Origin: a virus | IMG/VR virus record: IMGVR_UViG_3300042564_002372 | Coordinates: 45,828-109,827 of that record | DNA length: 64,000 nucleotides | Strand: one strand, 5' to 3' | Shown: positions 28,181 to 37,092 of the stretch, in pieces | Numbering within the stretch: position 1 is the stretch's first letter | How the letters are laid out: every line of letters starts with the position of its first letter | Program-made: the position numbers and the translations under genes | The notes under the pieces: model-generated | Told to the model about the DNA's origin: nothing | The model's input: the letters and a program-made list of their open reading frames with translations, nothing else | The model's database searches: none

Positions 28181-28432
28181 TTACAGTGGTCCTGTAGTGG
28201 TAGTAGTTGTGGTTGTGACGCTTACAGTTACGTTAATAAAGTTTGTACACACTCCTGTGCTCATTATTCTTACAGTGGTTGTACCAGCTGGAGCAGTTAC
28301 AGTATACCCTGCTAATAAAGTTGCTTTAGGAACATTTGTAGCAAATGCTGATATATATCCATCAACATTTGAATAAAGATTAAATGGTCCTGAATCTGCT
28401 CCAGCTGATGTAAGAGTTATGTATATGAACAT
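28181..28432 (-). CDS. Small virion protein, paralog of 14435-14890
   Basis: ITLTSAGADSGPFNLYSNVDGY...STGVCTNFI plus poly-Thr tail. Confidence 0.6.
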   Translation of the reverse strand: MFIYITLTSAGADSGPFNLYSNVDGYISAFATNVPKATLLAGYTVTAPAGTTTVRIMSTGVCTNFINVTVSVTTTTTTTTGPL

Positions 28433-28451
28433 GCACTTTTTAATTTAATAG

Positions 28452-28961
28452 TTAGCAAGAAGTTGCTGCACTCAACACTCCTCCACTTGATACTGTCCAC
28501 TTAGTACTTAAATTGGTTATGTAAATATAACCACTATAAGGAATGGTTCGTGCACTATTAGTGTACAATACTACACCATTAGCTAACACAGGTACAGATG
28601 TGTACAATGGAGGCAACAATACAGCTGATGTGCAAGGACTAGAAAGATTTACCAAACCTCCTAAATACCAAGTGTAAAATGCAGGTCCTGTAGTAGTTGT
28701 TGTACTAGTTGTTGGACGAGCTGATGTACTAGTTGTGGTAGTTGAAGATGGTGTTGGAGAAATTTGTGCTTCTATGATAGCAATTGCATTGTCAATTTTC
28801 TGCAATACGACTGTAAGGTCATCACAGCTTTGTATTCCTGTTCCTGCTAGGTTTGGACCTATGTATTTTACATTCTCAGAAGAAACAAATTTGCATTGAT
28901 CACCGCTGCAACCACATGGACCTAGAGATCCACATCCTGGGCAATTAACATTAAATGGCAT
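28452..28961 (-). CDS. Short Cys-rich fibre/spike-like protein
   Basis: CPGC..CGC..C N-terminus, shared VKYIGPNL..LQKID module, Thr linker, C-terminal domain GVVLYTNS. Confidence 0.55.
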   Translation of the reverse strand: MPFNVNCPGCGSLGPCGCSGDQCKFVSSENVKYIGPNLAGTGIQSCDDLTVVLQKIDNAIAIIEAQISPTPSSTTTTSTSARPTTSTTTTTGPAFYTWYLGGLVNLSSPCTSAVLLPPLYTSVPVLANGVVLYTNSARTIPYSGYIYITNLSTKWTVSSGGVLSAATSC

Positions 28962-28965
28962 AATC

Positions 28966-30051
28966 TTATGGGATAAACATTATATAGTAAGCACCAATTG
29001 TAGGTTGGATATTGGTATGGCTTAATCCACCTCCTGAATTACCTATTACTGTATTTACAGTAATATTTGTTGTAGCACTAGCTGTTTGTAGTGTAGATAA
29101 TTGATACACTGTAACTTCTCTTTCAGTGTTAGAAAATTGAGCTCTGTTATTAGTTATTCTAGTTTCATAATTGTGCTGATGTCCTGGATCAATAACATTA
29201 CTCGTAGCACTGTGTGTGTGAGAAGGAATTTGAGAAGCTGTAAGAGTCACGTTGTTCAATCCCTGCACACTATTCAGTGCGTAACTTGGGTTACCTGGTG
29301 TAGATGGATTAACTACTGAACTCATTGGAATTGAGCCAGCCATACTACCATCTGTAGTTCCTACAGCAACACGTCCTCTCTTGTCTGGTGTACCATTGCT
29401 ACCATTACACAAATACACATCTACAAACTGTCCTGAGCCTTTTCCTGTAACATCAAAGCCTGTAATAGGACCATAGTATTCATACGCAATGTATGGTACC
29501 ATTCTGTTCTTGTACAGATTGGATGGAGCAATGCTATTCAAATAAGCTTGAATAAGACTATTCAAATCAGCCAGTTGAACATAGTTTGTTTCAACATCAA
29601 GCTCTAGTGCTGCTAGATCAGCAGCTGTTAAACACAACTTGTTGATAGCTGCTTGAAGAATAGCATGTGTATCAGACGATGCTGTTACACCTGTCAAACA
29701 TCCAATTGTGTAATCAGCATTAAGGGTGGTGAGTGTTGATTCAATTGCTGTAACACTGGTTTTTAAAGAGCAAATTGATTTTATCAGGGCTGAAATAACA
29801 TTATTAAGTGTAATGGTACCAGACCCTGGAAGAAACCCACTCACCAATGGGCAGAGATCAGCTGGATTAATGACAGGAATAACGCCATTACCAGTAGACA
29901 AGTTTATGATGAAATTTGCAATTTGTAATTCAACATGGGCAAGAGTATCGCCATTTGAAATACCAAGAGCAGGAATACCATATCCTGTATATTTTACGCA
30001 CTGATCAGATATAATTTCAGTGCATCCATTAAAGCAATTAGAGCAGCTCAT
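28966..30051 (-). CDS. Tail collar-domain fibre protein
   Basis: YLCNGSNGTPDKRGRVAVG collar motif; HTH and HQH His-x-His metal sites; HTNIQP..YIM C-terminus. Confidence 0.8.
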   Translation of the reverse strand: MSCSNCFNGCTEIISDQCVKYTGYGIPALGISNGDTLAHVELQIANFIINLSTGNGVIPVINPADLCPLVSGFLPGSGTITLNNVISALIKSICSLKTSVTAIESTLTTLNADYTIGCLTGVTASSDTHAILQAAINKLCLTAADLAALELDVETNYVQLADLNSLIQAYLNSIAPSNLYKNRMVPYIAYEYYGPITGFDVTGKGSGQFVDVYLCNGSNGTPDKRGRVAVGTTDGSMAGSIPMSSVVNPSTPGNPSYALNSVQGLNNVTLTASQIPSHTHSATSNVIDPGHQHNYETRITNNRAQFSNTEREVTVYQLSTLQTASATTNITVNTVIGNSGGGLSHTNIQPTIGAYYIMFIP

Positions 30052-30318
30052 TTATTTATATTTTAGAAGTTTTACTTTACTAGCTATTTGACATACACTA
30101 AAGTTTTTAGCGTAATCTGGGTTACAATACTTATATGTCAAGATTCTTCTATAGTTGAGAAGATCTATCATTGTTGTATATGGAATAGGCATATTCAATG
30201 CAAACACAGTGTTGTTGTAAAGATTCTTTGCAACTTCTGTAATCTTACATTCAATATCTTGTAGCAAATCAGGAATTTCACCACATTCAGAACAGGAAGT
30301 TAATCTAGGTTGTAACAT
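30052..30318 (-). CDS. Small structural protein (Cys-rich)
   Basis: 88 aa, tightly packed within the structural operon. Confidence 0.5.
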   Translation of the reverse strand: MLQPRLTSCSECGEIPDLLQDIECKITEVAKNLYNNTVFALNMPIPYTTMIDLLNYRRILTYKYCNPDYAKNFSVCQIASKVKLLKYK

Positions 30319-30320
30319 GT

Positions 30321-30452
30321 CTATTGATTTTGAGATATTGGTGGTTGCACTGTGATTTCATCCTTTTTCTTCTGTGCACAATACGCACACATTCCATTTT
30401 TCAGATTGCATCCACATCCTACACTTGCTCCACAGCTTGAACACTTTGCCAT
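30321..30452 (-). CDS. Tiny Cys-rich (Zn-binding) protein, 43 aa
   Basis: Manually translated MAKCSSCGASVGCGCNLKNGMCAYCAQKKK...; fills the gap between neighbouring genes. Confidence 0.65.
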   Translation of the reverse strand: MAKCSSCGASVGCGCNLKNGMCAYCAQKKKDEITVQPPISQNQ

Positions 30453-30453
30453 A

Positions 30454-31020
30454 TTAGTAATACGTTGTTACAGTTGCATAATTATTTCCTGAGCACCCAC
30501 AGTTGTTTCTCATGAAGTTGCTCAGCATTTTATCAGCTTGAAGATACAATTTATTTGCTTCAACTGTAGCACAATTATTTGCAGCTGCAATAGCTCCATT
30601 GATAAAGAATGATATAGTTGTAAGCTCCACCTTAGCTTGTGTCTTAATTGCTCTGTCACACTCCATCATGTCAAGCTTCATAAATGCTTCGTCAAACTTC
30701 TCTTGAAGTCTTTCCACACGCATGATAGTTTTCTTAACAAAGTTTACGTTTGCTGGAGCCACTGAATACTTTAGATAGTAGATACCATCAGGAAGTGGAT
30801 CGTTACCAAGTGTTGAAATTCCTAAGTTGGAGGTTGTAAAAACATTCAACTCATTAACAACAAATGGAAGATTTACTATCCCAAAGTTAGGAACATTTAT
30901 CTCAATAGATGGAGATGTAACGTTTGGTGGTGTAGTTGGGTAGGTAGATGCATCAGCAACAGCAAGCGTTAGCGTGTTGTATGTTGGAACTACGAGAATG
31001 TCTAGTTTCAGAGTTGACAT
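30454..31020 (-). CDS. Structural protein (putative tail hub/ring)
   Basis: LPDGIYYLKYSV motif; start reassigned to MSTLKLD because the upstream ATG lies within a terminator hairpin. Confidence 0.5.
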   Translation of the reverse strand: MSTLKLDILVVPTYNTLTLAVADASTYPTTPPNVTSPSIEINVPNFGIVNLPFVVNELNVFTTSNLGISTLGNDPLPDGIYYLKYSVAPANVNFVKKTIMRVERLQEKFDEAFMKLDMMECDRAIKTQAKVELTTISFFINGAIAAANNCATVEANKLYLQADKMLSNFMRNNCGCSGNNYATVTTYY

Positions 31021-31029
31021 AGGAGTTAT

Positions 31030-31080
31030 AAAGAAAAATGCCAGAGGACTTTGAGAACTAATCCTCTCACCCTCTGGCAT
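31030..31080 (-). terminator. Intrinsic terminator
   Basis: ATGCCAGAGG...CCTCTGGCAT stem followed by a U-rich run on the minus strand. Confidence 0.65.
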
Positions 31081-31109
31081 AGGTTATAGAAATTTTAACT
31101 TACCTACTA

Positions 31110-32297
31110 TTAAGGAATCAAAGTGCTAGTAGTGGTAGTAGTTGATGGAGGTGTAGAAGTGGTAGTGGTAGTTGTAGTGATACAAGCGTTGTTATCAAGT
31201 ACAGTACCAAGAGCAGCTTCAAGAACAGCTTCAACAGCAGTAGAGATACCAGCGTTACCTGGAGTAGCAGCGTTAGGAACAGCAATAATTACCATGCTAT
31301 CTTCATAGATGTAATCACCCCACTGGTAAACAGATTTGTCAAACTGGTTGAATCTGATGTAGTAGGTGTTGTAAATAACGTTGTTGCTTACATAGGTCTC
31401 GAAGTTCTCATTGTAACCATTCATTCTGTACAAGTGCTTCAAGTAACCAGCCTGATAGCTGTAGAAGTTCTTCTCAAGCTGAGCAATTTCGTCAGCAGTA
31501 CCAGTTGGGTAAGAAGATCTCTGAACAACAACAGGGTTAGCTACGATGTCACAGTTGTCAGCAACGATGAAGTCAGCAGTGGTAGCAGGACCTTGGTATA
31601 CAAAGGTACGGAACCACATTCTGTCATATTCCCAAGGGAATGCAGCAATATCGCAAGGCTGGCCATATTTGGTAAGAGGCTTACCAGAAATACGAAGAAC
31701 AGCACTAGCATTGTTACCAATTCTTTGGAATGTGTAGAAATCAGACAATGTGATGTTGTCAGGGTTGTTGCCAGGAGCTGCAAGATTCAATTGGAAAATA
31801 AATTGATCAATCAATGCAGGTACGTTGACATCAGCGCAAGGATCAGCACCACAATCACAGCAAGGAGCTTGTACAGTTACAGAACGGGTGAAACCGTTGA
31901 AGTACAAGGTGTCAAGATAACTAGAGTGGCCTCTTAGAGTAAGAGTTACAACTTCTCCACACTGTACATTCCAATTACCTACATCGGTAATTTGGACAGC
32001 AGGAGTAGAGCAACCTGATACTTTGTACCATTCAGTTACGTTGGAAGAGCAACCTGAACCAGAAGGACAACCCTTGATTTTATCAGAACGCTTAGAGCCT
32101 TGTAGGTAGGTGTTTTGTCTACCTTGAGCTACATAGAAGTATGGAGCAGCAGCAATGTTGCCAGCTGTAGCCACACTGTAGTCGTTTCTGAAGAAACCAA
32201 CTTGACCAGCAGTTAGATCCTGAGTAGAACCAGCACTAGGGAGCGAAGTTTGCCCTACTGGAACTACAAAAAGGGTGGTTAACGAGAAATCAGCCAT
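31110..32297 (-). CDS. Putative auxiliary capsid/decoration protein (395 aa)
   Basis: Third gene after the major capsid gene, followed by a terminator; codon usage resembles the capsid gene; Thr-rich C-tail. Confidence 0.5.
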   Translation of the reverse strand: MADFSLTTLFVVPVGQTSLPSAGSTQDLTAGQVGFFRNDYSVATAGNIAAAPYFYVAQGRQNTYLQGSKRSDKIKGCPSGSGCSSNVTEWYKVSGCSTPAVQITDVGNWNVQCGEVVTLTLRGHSSYLDTLYFNGFTRSVTVQAPCCDCGADPCADVNVPALIDQFIFQLNLAAPGNNPDNITLSDFYTFQRIGNNASAVLRISGKPLTKYGQPCDIAAFPWEYDRMWFRTFVYQGPATTADFIVADNCDIVANPVVVQRSSYPTGTADEIAQLEKNFYSYQAGYLKHLYRMNGYNENFETYVSNNVIYNTYYIRFNQFDKSVYQWGDYIYEDSMVIIAVPNAATPGNAGISTAVEAVLEAALGTVLDNNACITTTTTTTSTPPSTTTTTSTLIP

Positions 32298-32322
32298 TTT
32301 TTTGTTTGTTTGTTAAGTTTAT

Positions 32323-33054
32323 TTATTCATTTGTTTGTATTCTGAACTGGGCACTTTGTACCGCAGCTGCATTCTCTGTATACATTGCAAGGTTTTGGAC
32401 AGTTAAATCGACTAACTCGTCTTCTAGGTATTCTTCAAGTTCGCAATTAACATCCGTAGATGGTTGGCCGTCAAACCTGATGTAACCTGCCTTATCAATG
32501 TAGATTGGATATCTCATATAAGAGATGTATATCGCACTAGGAGTGAACGTTCCGTCTGTGAATATACTAATTTCATCTGAGGAGATAAAATTAAATGTCT
32601 CTTGATATTCGAAAGATGGTTTATAGTGAACGTTGTTCAATAAGAACTGCAAATCACCATGTTTTGCCAAATCTTTGTTTATCCAAATTTGTCGATCCTT
32701 ACATGGGCCTTTGTCAGCTAAAACATAGCTGTCAATGTAGAACATGTATTTTGGATCAAGCTTATCAATATCAGCTGCCCACTGATTCAATGTTTCATTC
32801 TTAATGTATAGGTCCAACTTACCACGATTGTAATTAATTACAAGTCTTTGTAGGTCTTCGTAACGCTTTTTAAAAGAGTCTAGTCCTAAACCACTAACAA
32901 CACTAAATCCATCAACCTTCTGTTTGATGAGCTTTATTTGCGCTTCGTTAAGCGCAAGTATTTTATCTTCTAGTTGAATCTGTTGATGCTCATTAGTTGA
33001 TAGTTTATTTAGTTTTTGATCAATCTTATATAATAAACTATCTACAGGTATCAT
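32323..33054 (-). CDS. Putative head-tail adaptor/ring protein
   Basis: LNEAQ...KKRYEDLQRL and YISYMRYP...CELEEYLEDELVDLTV motifs typical of crAss-type ring proteins. Confidence 0.55.
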   Translation of the reverse strand: MIPVDSLLYKIDQKLNKLSTNEHQQIQLEDKILALNEAQIKLIKQKVDGFSVVSGLGLDSFKKRYEDLQRLVINYNRGKLDLYIKNETLNQWAADIDKLDPKYMFYIDSYVLADKGPCKDRQIWINKDLAKHGDLQFLLNNVHYKPSFEYQETFNFISSDEISIFTDGTFTPSAIYISYMRYPIYIDKAGYIRFDGQPSTDVNCELEEYLEDELVDLTVQNLAMYTENAAAVQSAQFRIQTNE

Positions 33055-34019
33055 ACAGAAGCGAGTTTCTTAGATTTCAACTTTTGTTCTAGAGTGATTA
33101 GTTCGTCTTGATTATCATCGTTAGCCAAGAACTTCACCAATTCCTCTTCGTCTTTTGCCACTTCATATTCACCTTCAAAGATACGTCCGCTGGACTTAAC
33201 TCTGTAAACTGAATGTGCAATAGCTTGCTTAACCAAATCTTTGATATGGAGTAAATTTTCCTTCATGTCTGCAAATCTGTTAAACACTTCGATTGTTGAC
33301 AATCCTTGGTATTTACCAGACTTGAATTCAGTCTGCTTGAGAATATTATCCACTTGATTATATACAAAATCTTCTTTGGAATCTTCTGTAATTGGAAGTC
33401 CTAGAAGTCTTGCTACTTTTCTTTTCTTCTCAGGAGACATTGTATCAAACTTGGAGATTGCCTTGTTGATCAATTGTTTCTTCTTGAAGATTACAGCATT
33501 TTCGATATCATCATCTACAACGTAGAATTGTGTATCTGCTGGATAGTCACCTCTTTCCCATGCTTGGTAAGAACTAGCAACAGTTGGATGAACTCTCAAC
33601 CAAGAGAACGCAAGTTCTTGAAAAGGTATTGTCAAATCGAAGTAGTTATCACCATCAAGAAGTTTCACAGGTTGGACATGTGTATTATCATCTGTAGACT
33701 TAGATAAGCTGTAGTTCCAGAAAGGAGCTCTTGGTCCAAGATCAATTCCTCCTAGAGCATTTTCAAGTTTCTGTCTTAGCTCTGTTACACGCTCAACTTC
33801 TAGTTCACGTTCTGTAGGATCAGCAATTCTTCTGATGTAAGCAGCATCAGGATCTAAACCTGTTCTGTATCTTCCATCAAGTTCCTTGTAAGGATATTTA
33901 AAAACTCCAGTTCCTGGAATTCTTGATAACCCTCGTTGTGATAATCCTCCTTGCATGGTTTGCATGCCAGCACTGTTGTACTCCTTCTTAATCGTGGAGA
34001 TTTTCCCTAATTTACCCAT
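33051..34019 (-). CDS. Conserved protein downstream of major capsid gene (322 aa)
   Basis: Synteny with the crAss-like capsid module; function unclear. Confidence 0.5.
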   Translation of the reverse strand: MGKLGKISTIKKEYNSAGMQTMQGGLSQRGLSRIPGTGVFKYPYKELDGRYRTGLDPDAAYIRRIADPTERELEVERVTELRQKLENALGGIDLGPRAPFWNYSLSKSTDDNTHVQPVKLLDGDNYFDLTIPFQELAFSWLRVHPTVASSYQAWERGDYPADTQFYVVDDDIENAVIFKKKQLINKAISKFDTMSPEKKRKVARLLGLPITEDSKEDFVYNQVDNILKQTEFKSGKYQGLSTIEVFNRFADMKENLLHIKDLVKQAIAHSVYRVKSSGRIFEGEYEVAKDEEELVKFLANDDNQDELITLEQKLKSKKLASV

Positions 34020-34101
34020 TACGTAGTTATTTGATTATTATTGGTTTGTTTGCAGAGTGCGCCAATCAAATGGCTAGGCTCACTGACCCACACTCTGTTT
34101 T

Positions 34102-34143
34102 AAAGAGGGAAAAAGTGCCCCTCGCTTTGAGGGGCTCTTTCCT
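34102..34143 (-). terminator. Intrinsic terminator after major capsid gene
   Basis: GCCCCTC-GCTTT-GAGGGGC stem with a U-run on the minus strand. Confidence 0.65.
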
Positions 34144-34144
34144 A

Positions 34145-35698
34145 TTAGAACTGTGGAATTTCTTCAATAAGAACAGTTCTTGACAAGTCTTCGATGAATA
34201 CATCGCAACGATCTTGCATCCAGATTTCATAGCCTGGGAATTTGTTGGCAGAAGACATACCCTGAGACTTAGCAAAGCCTAGGTGGTGTCTACGTCCATC
34301 AATGTAACCCCAAGTCATAGAAGGAGCACCCTTCATACGTACTTCACGAATGTTGTTAACCATAGAGCCATCAGACATTGGAGATACGTCAAATACCATG
34401 AACACAGGAGTTGATTTCTTGTTCTGTCCAAATTCCAAGTTGGATTGAGGAAGATCAAGTTCTTTCAAGTGGATAAGTTCAACACGACCAGTCTCACGAG
34501 TTACCATTGCATCGAATGCAAAGTTGTAAGTGATGTGCTGTCCTTCTCCTTGCATATAACGGTTACCGCTATCTGCCATGAAAGTAAGACCAGAATTCAA
34601 AGCATCTGCTTTAAGAGCTTGCTGGAACACATCGAAGCCAGCTTCGTTAGTGTACATTTTAACTCTTCTATCCTTAACATCCACACGTCTGTAGAACAAG
34701 TCTCCAAATACGGAACGGATAAGGTTTGCGGAGAATTCTCCACGATTGTATTGTACCAAGTTACCATTGTTACGCATTCTGTGGTAAACACCAGCAGACA
34801 CACGCTTCAATTCTTGCTTAGATCCATTAGTTTTTACAGTGCCTGGCTTAGACCAGATCATTCGCTTCACCTTAAGTTCAAGCATTGCTTTTCTCAACAT
34901 AAATTCTACGAATGGCTCCCACTTAACATCGTTACGAGTTAGAGGAAGTTGGTTTCTACGCTGAGGGGCGTATACCAAGATATCAAGAGGTTTGCCAGAA
35001 GCATCACGCATAGTCTTATCATCAGCCCATGCAGTAACTTGGTGCTCAAAACCATATCCAGAACCAAGAGATTCGAACATAGTGATTTTCTCACCAAGTC
35101 TTGGTAAACCAAGAAGGTCCTGATCAAATTCACCAATTGCAGCATCAACCAATTCTAGTTCGATACCAATTTGCAAGAAGGTAGGGCTTACGAAATCCAA
35201 GATTGGGTTATCAGACACCAATGTGAAAGTGTAAAGGAAACCTGCATTCCATGGAACTGGATCTTTTACAGCGTACCATCTTGGACCATACTGACGAGAA
35301 CCTACAGAAACGATAGCGTTCTTAGAGAATTCGTTAGTGTCCAATACCACCTGAAACTCCTGACCATCGATACCTGGCTTGCTCAACTCAGCAGTGGAGC
35401 TAGGGATGTCAATGATTTTAGGGAATTTGTAAGGAACTTGAACGTCCCACTTCCAAGAATCGCTGTTGTTGTCGATGTAATAAGGAGTGGACTTGTTGAT
35501 CATATCAAGGAAGTCATTGCTGTACAATGAGCTCTGAGTGTACAAGGAGATGATCTTCTTGTCATAGTCAGCTGGCTCAGTAGAGTGGAATGACTCCAAG
35601 TGATTTGAATCAGTTAGCTTTCCTACTGCACGCTTGTCCATTGACGCAACACGGGCATAGGTAAAGCCAGTTAAACCTGGGATTGTTTGAATTGCCAT
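34145..35698 (-). CDS. Major capsid protein (crAss-like, HK97 fold), 517 aa
   Basis: Follows portal and acidic scaffold; size; SAGVYHRMR, KMYTNEAG and C-terminal DRCDVFIED motifs; followed by a terminator. Confidence 0.8.
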   Translation of the reverse strand: MAIQTIPGLTGFTYARVASMDKRAVGKLTDSNHLESFHSTEPADYDKKIISLYTQSSLYSNDFLDMINKSTPYYIDNNSDSWKWDVQVPYKFPKIIDIPSSTAELSKPGIDGQEFQVVLDTNEFSKNAIVSVGSRQYGPRWYAVKDPVPWNAGFLYTFTLVSDNPILDFVSPTFLQIGIELELVDAAIGEFDQDLLGLPRLGEKITMFESLGSGYGFEHQVTAWADDKTMRDASGKPLDILVYAPQRRNQLPLTRNDVKWEPFVEFMLRKAMLELKVKRMIWSKPGTVKTNGSKQELKRVSAGVYHRMRNNGNLVQYNRGEFSANLIRSVFGDLFYRRVDVKDRRVKMYTNEAGFDVFQQALKADALNSGLTFMADSGNRYMQGEGQHITYNFAFDAMVTRETGRVELIHLKELDLPQSNLEFGQNKKSTPVFMVFDVSPMSDGSMVNNIREVRMKGAPSMTWGYIDGRRHHLGFAKSQGMSSANKFPGYEIWMQDRCDVFIEDLSRTVLIEEIPQF

Positions 35699-35723
35699 TG
35701 TTTTTTACTTTGTTTTATTTAAT

Positions 35724-36959
35724 TTATAAGAACCATGAGTTCGCTTTTCCAGGATTGCCACCAGAACCAGGTTTTTTACTGGTCTGCCTTGCAACTTCCT
35801 CAAACAACTGGGTTGACTTCTTAGTCACTCCTGTTCTTTGTATGGTAGATAGCGTAGGATCTTTTTCCAAAATCTTAAGGAGAAGTCCCAGCTTAACTTT
35901 CATAGCGTGGTTCTCAGGTCTCTTAAGTTCCAGGATAGTCTTGTCAAAATCTGTCAGGGTTTCGCCTGAAGGAGTTTTGTACTTGTCTACCAAAAGGAAG
36001 TCTTGTAGTTCTGATGCCAATTTGGGGTTTAATGGAATTCCATCAAACTCCTTTGTTTTCAATTTGTCTTGTAGGACAGACTGAACGTTTTGTATATACT
36101 GATTTCGAATCATTGCTTTCTGCTGAAGTTGTTGTTCAGCTTGTTGCTCCATTTGTTGCAACTTCACTGCTTCCTTCTTGACAAGCACTTTATGATGCTT
36201 GCTAGCAACTGTTTCTAAATCACCGTAGTTTCTAAGTCTTTCAACTTCTGTAGTGATGTCTTCATTATCAAATCCCTGGTCTGCCAGAGCTTGTTTAATC
36301 ACTCTCACCTGATTGTCTTCATTAGAAAGATCCAACTCAGCGAAACTCACCACATTGTTGTATACACCAAAATAATCTTTAGGGTTTACACCCTTTACAA
36401 ATATGGCATCAAACGCTTTCTGGTAATCTTCTCCAAATTGACCTATGAAGTTATCAACAATTTCAATTGCACCTTTTTTCTTTTCTGAATTGAACTTCTC
36501 CAAGAATTGTTCTGGGGTTTCAATTACAGCATCCTCTTCATCATCATCTTGTGTAAAAACACCAAGTTTGAAAAGGTCTTTCGATAAAGAAACGAATGGT
36601 GATTCTGCAACATCTTCATCTTCTTCCTCAGCTTCTGCTTTGGCTGGTGGTGTTACAACATCGTCTTCTGTTTCTTCTTCATCTTCATCATCTCCAAGAA
36701 AGTTTTTCAAAACATCTTGTTGAGTGGTTTCCTCACCATCTAGCTTCTGGACAACTTCTTTACCTTTTGATACTTCTGGTTTCTTAGGAGCTTTTGGTTC
36801 TTCCGCTGTCTTTACAATTGTCTCTAGTTTGTCAGGATCTTCTGTAGAAGTTTCTGGAGAGAATAAATCGTCCAACAGCTGCGTGTTACCTACTCCCATC
36901 TCCATAGTATCTTCAATACCAAAGTTACCAAATGACGGAGTGTCTAGGTTGTCTGCCAT
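35724..36959 (-). CDS. Putative scaffolding protein
   Basis: Highly acidic N-half, coiled coil, located between portal and capsid genes. Confidence 0.6.
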   Translation of the reverse strand: MADNLDTPSFGNFGIEDTMEMGVGNTQLLDDLFSPETSTEDPDKLETIVKTAEEPKAPKKPEVSKGKEVVQKLDGEETTQQDVLKNFLGDDEDEEETEDDVVTPPAKAEAEEEDEDVAESPFVSLSKDLFKLGVFTQDDDEEDAVIETPEQFLEKFNSEKKKGAIEIVDNFIGQFGEDYQKAFDAIFVKGVNPKDYFGVYNNVVSFAELDLSNEDNQVRVIKQALADQGFDNEDITTEVERLRNYGDLETVASKHHKVLVKKEAVKLQQMEQQAEQQLQQKAMIRNQYIQNVQSVLQDKLKTKEFDGIPLNPKLASELQDFLLVDKYKTPSGETLTDFDKTILELKRPENHAMKVKLGLLLKILEKDPTLSTIQRTGVTKKSTQLFEEVARQTSKKPGSGGNPGKANSWFL

Positions 36960-37092
36960 ATATGTAGTTAATTATTTGATTGGTTTGTATGATATAAATG
37001 TACTTTCGTTTATAAAATAATCAAATAAGGAATAATCAAAATTGTTGTATTTTTGACACGTATAGCATTAATGTCAATTTTTCCATATTTTA

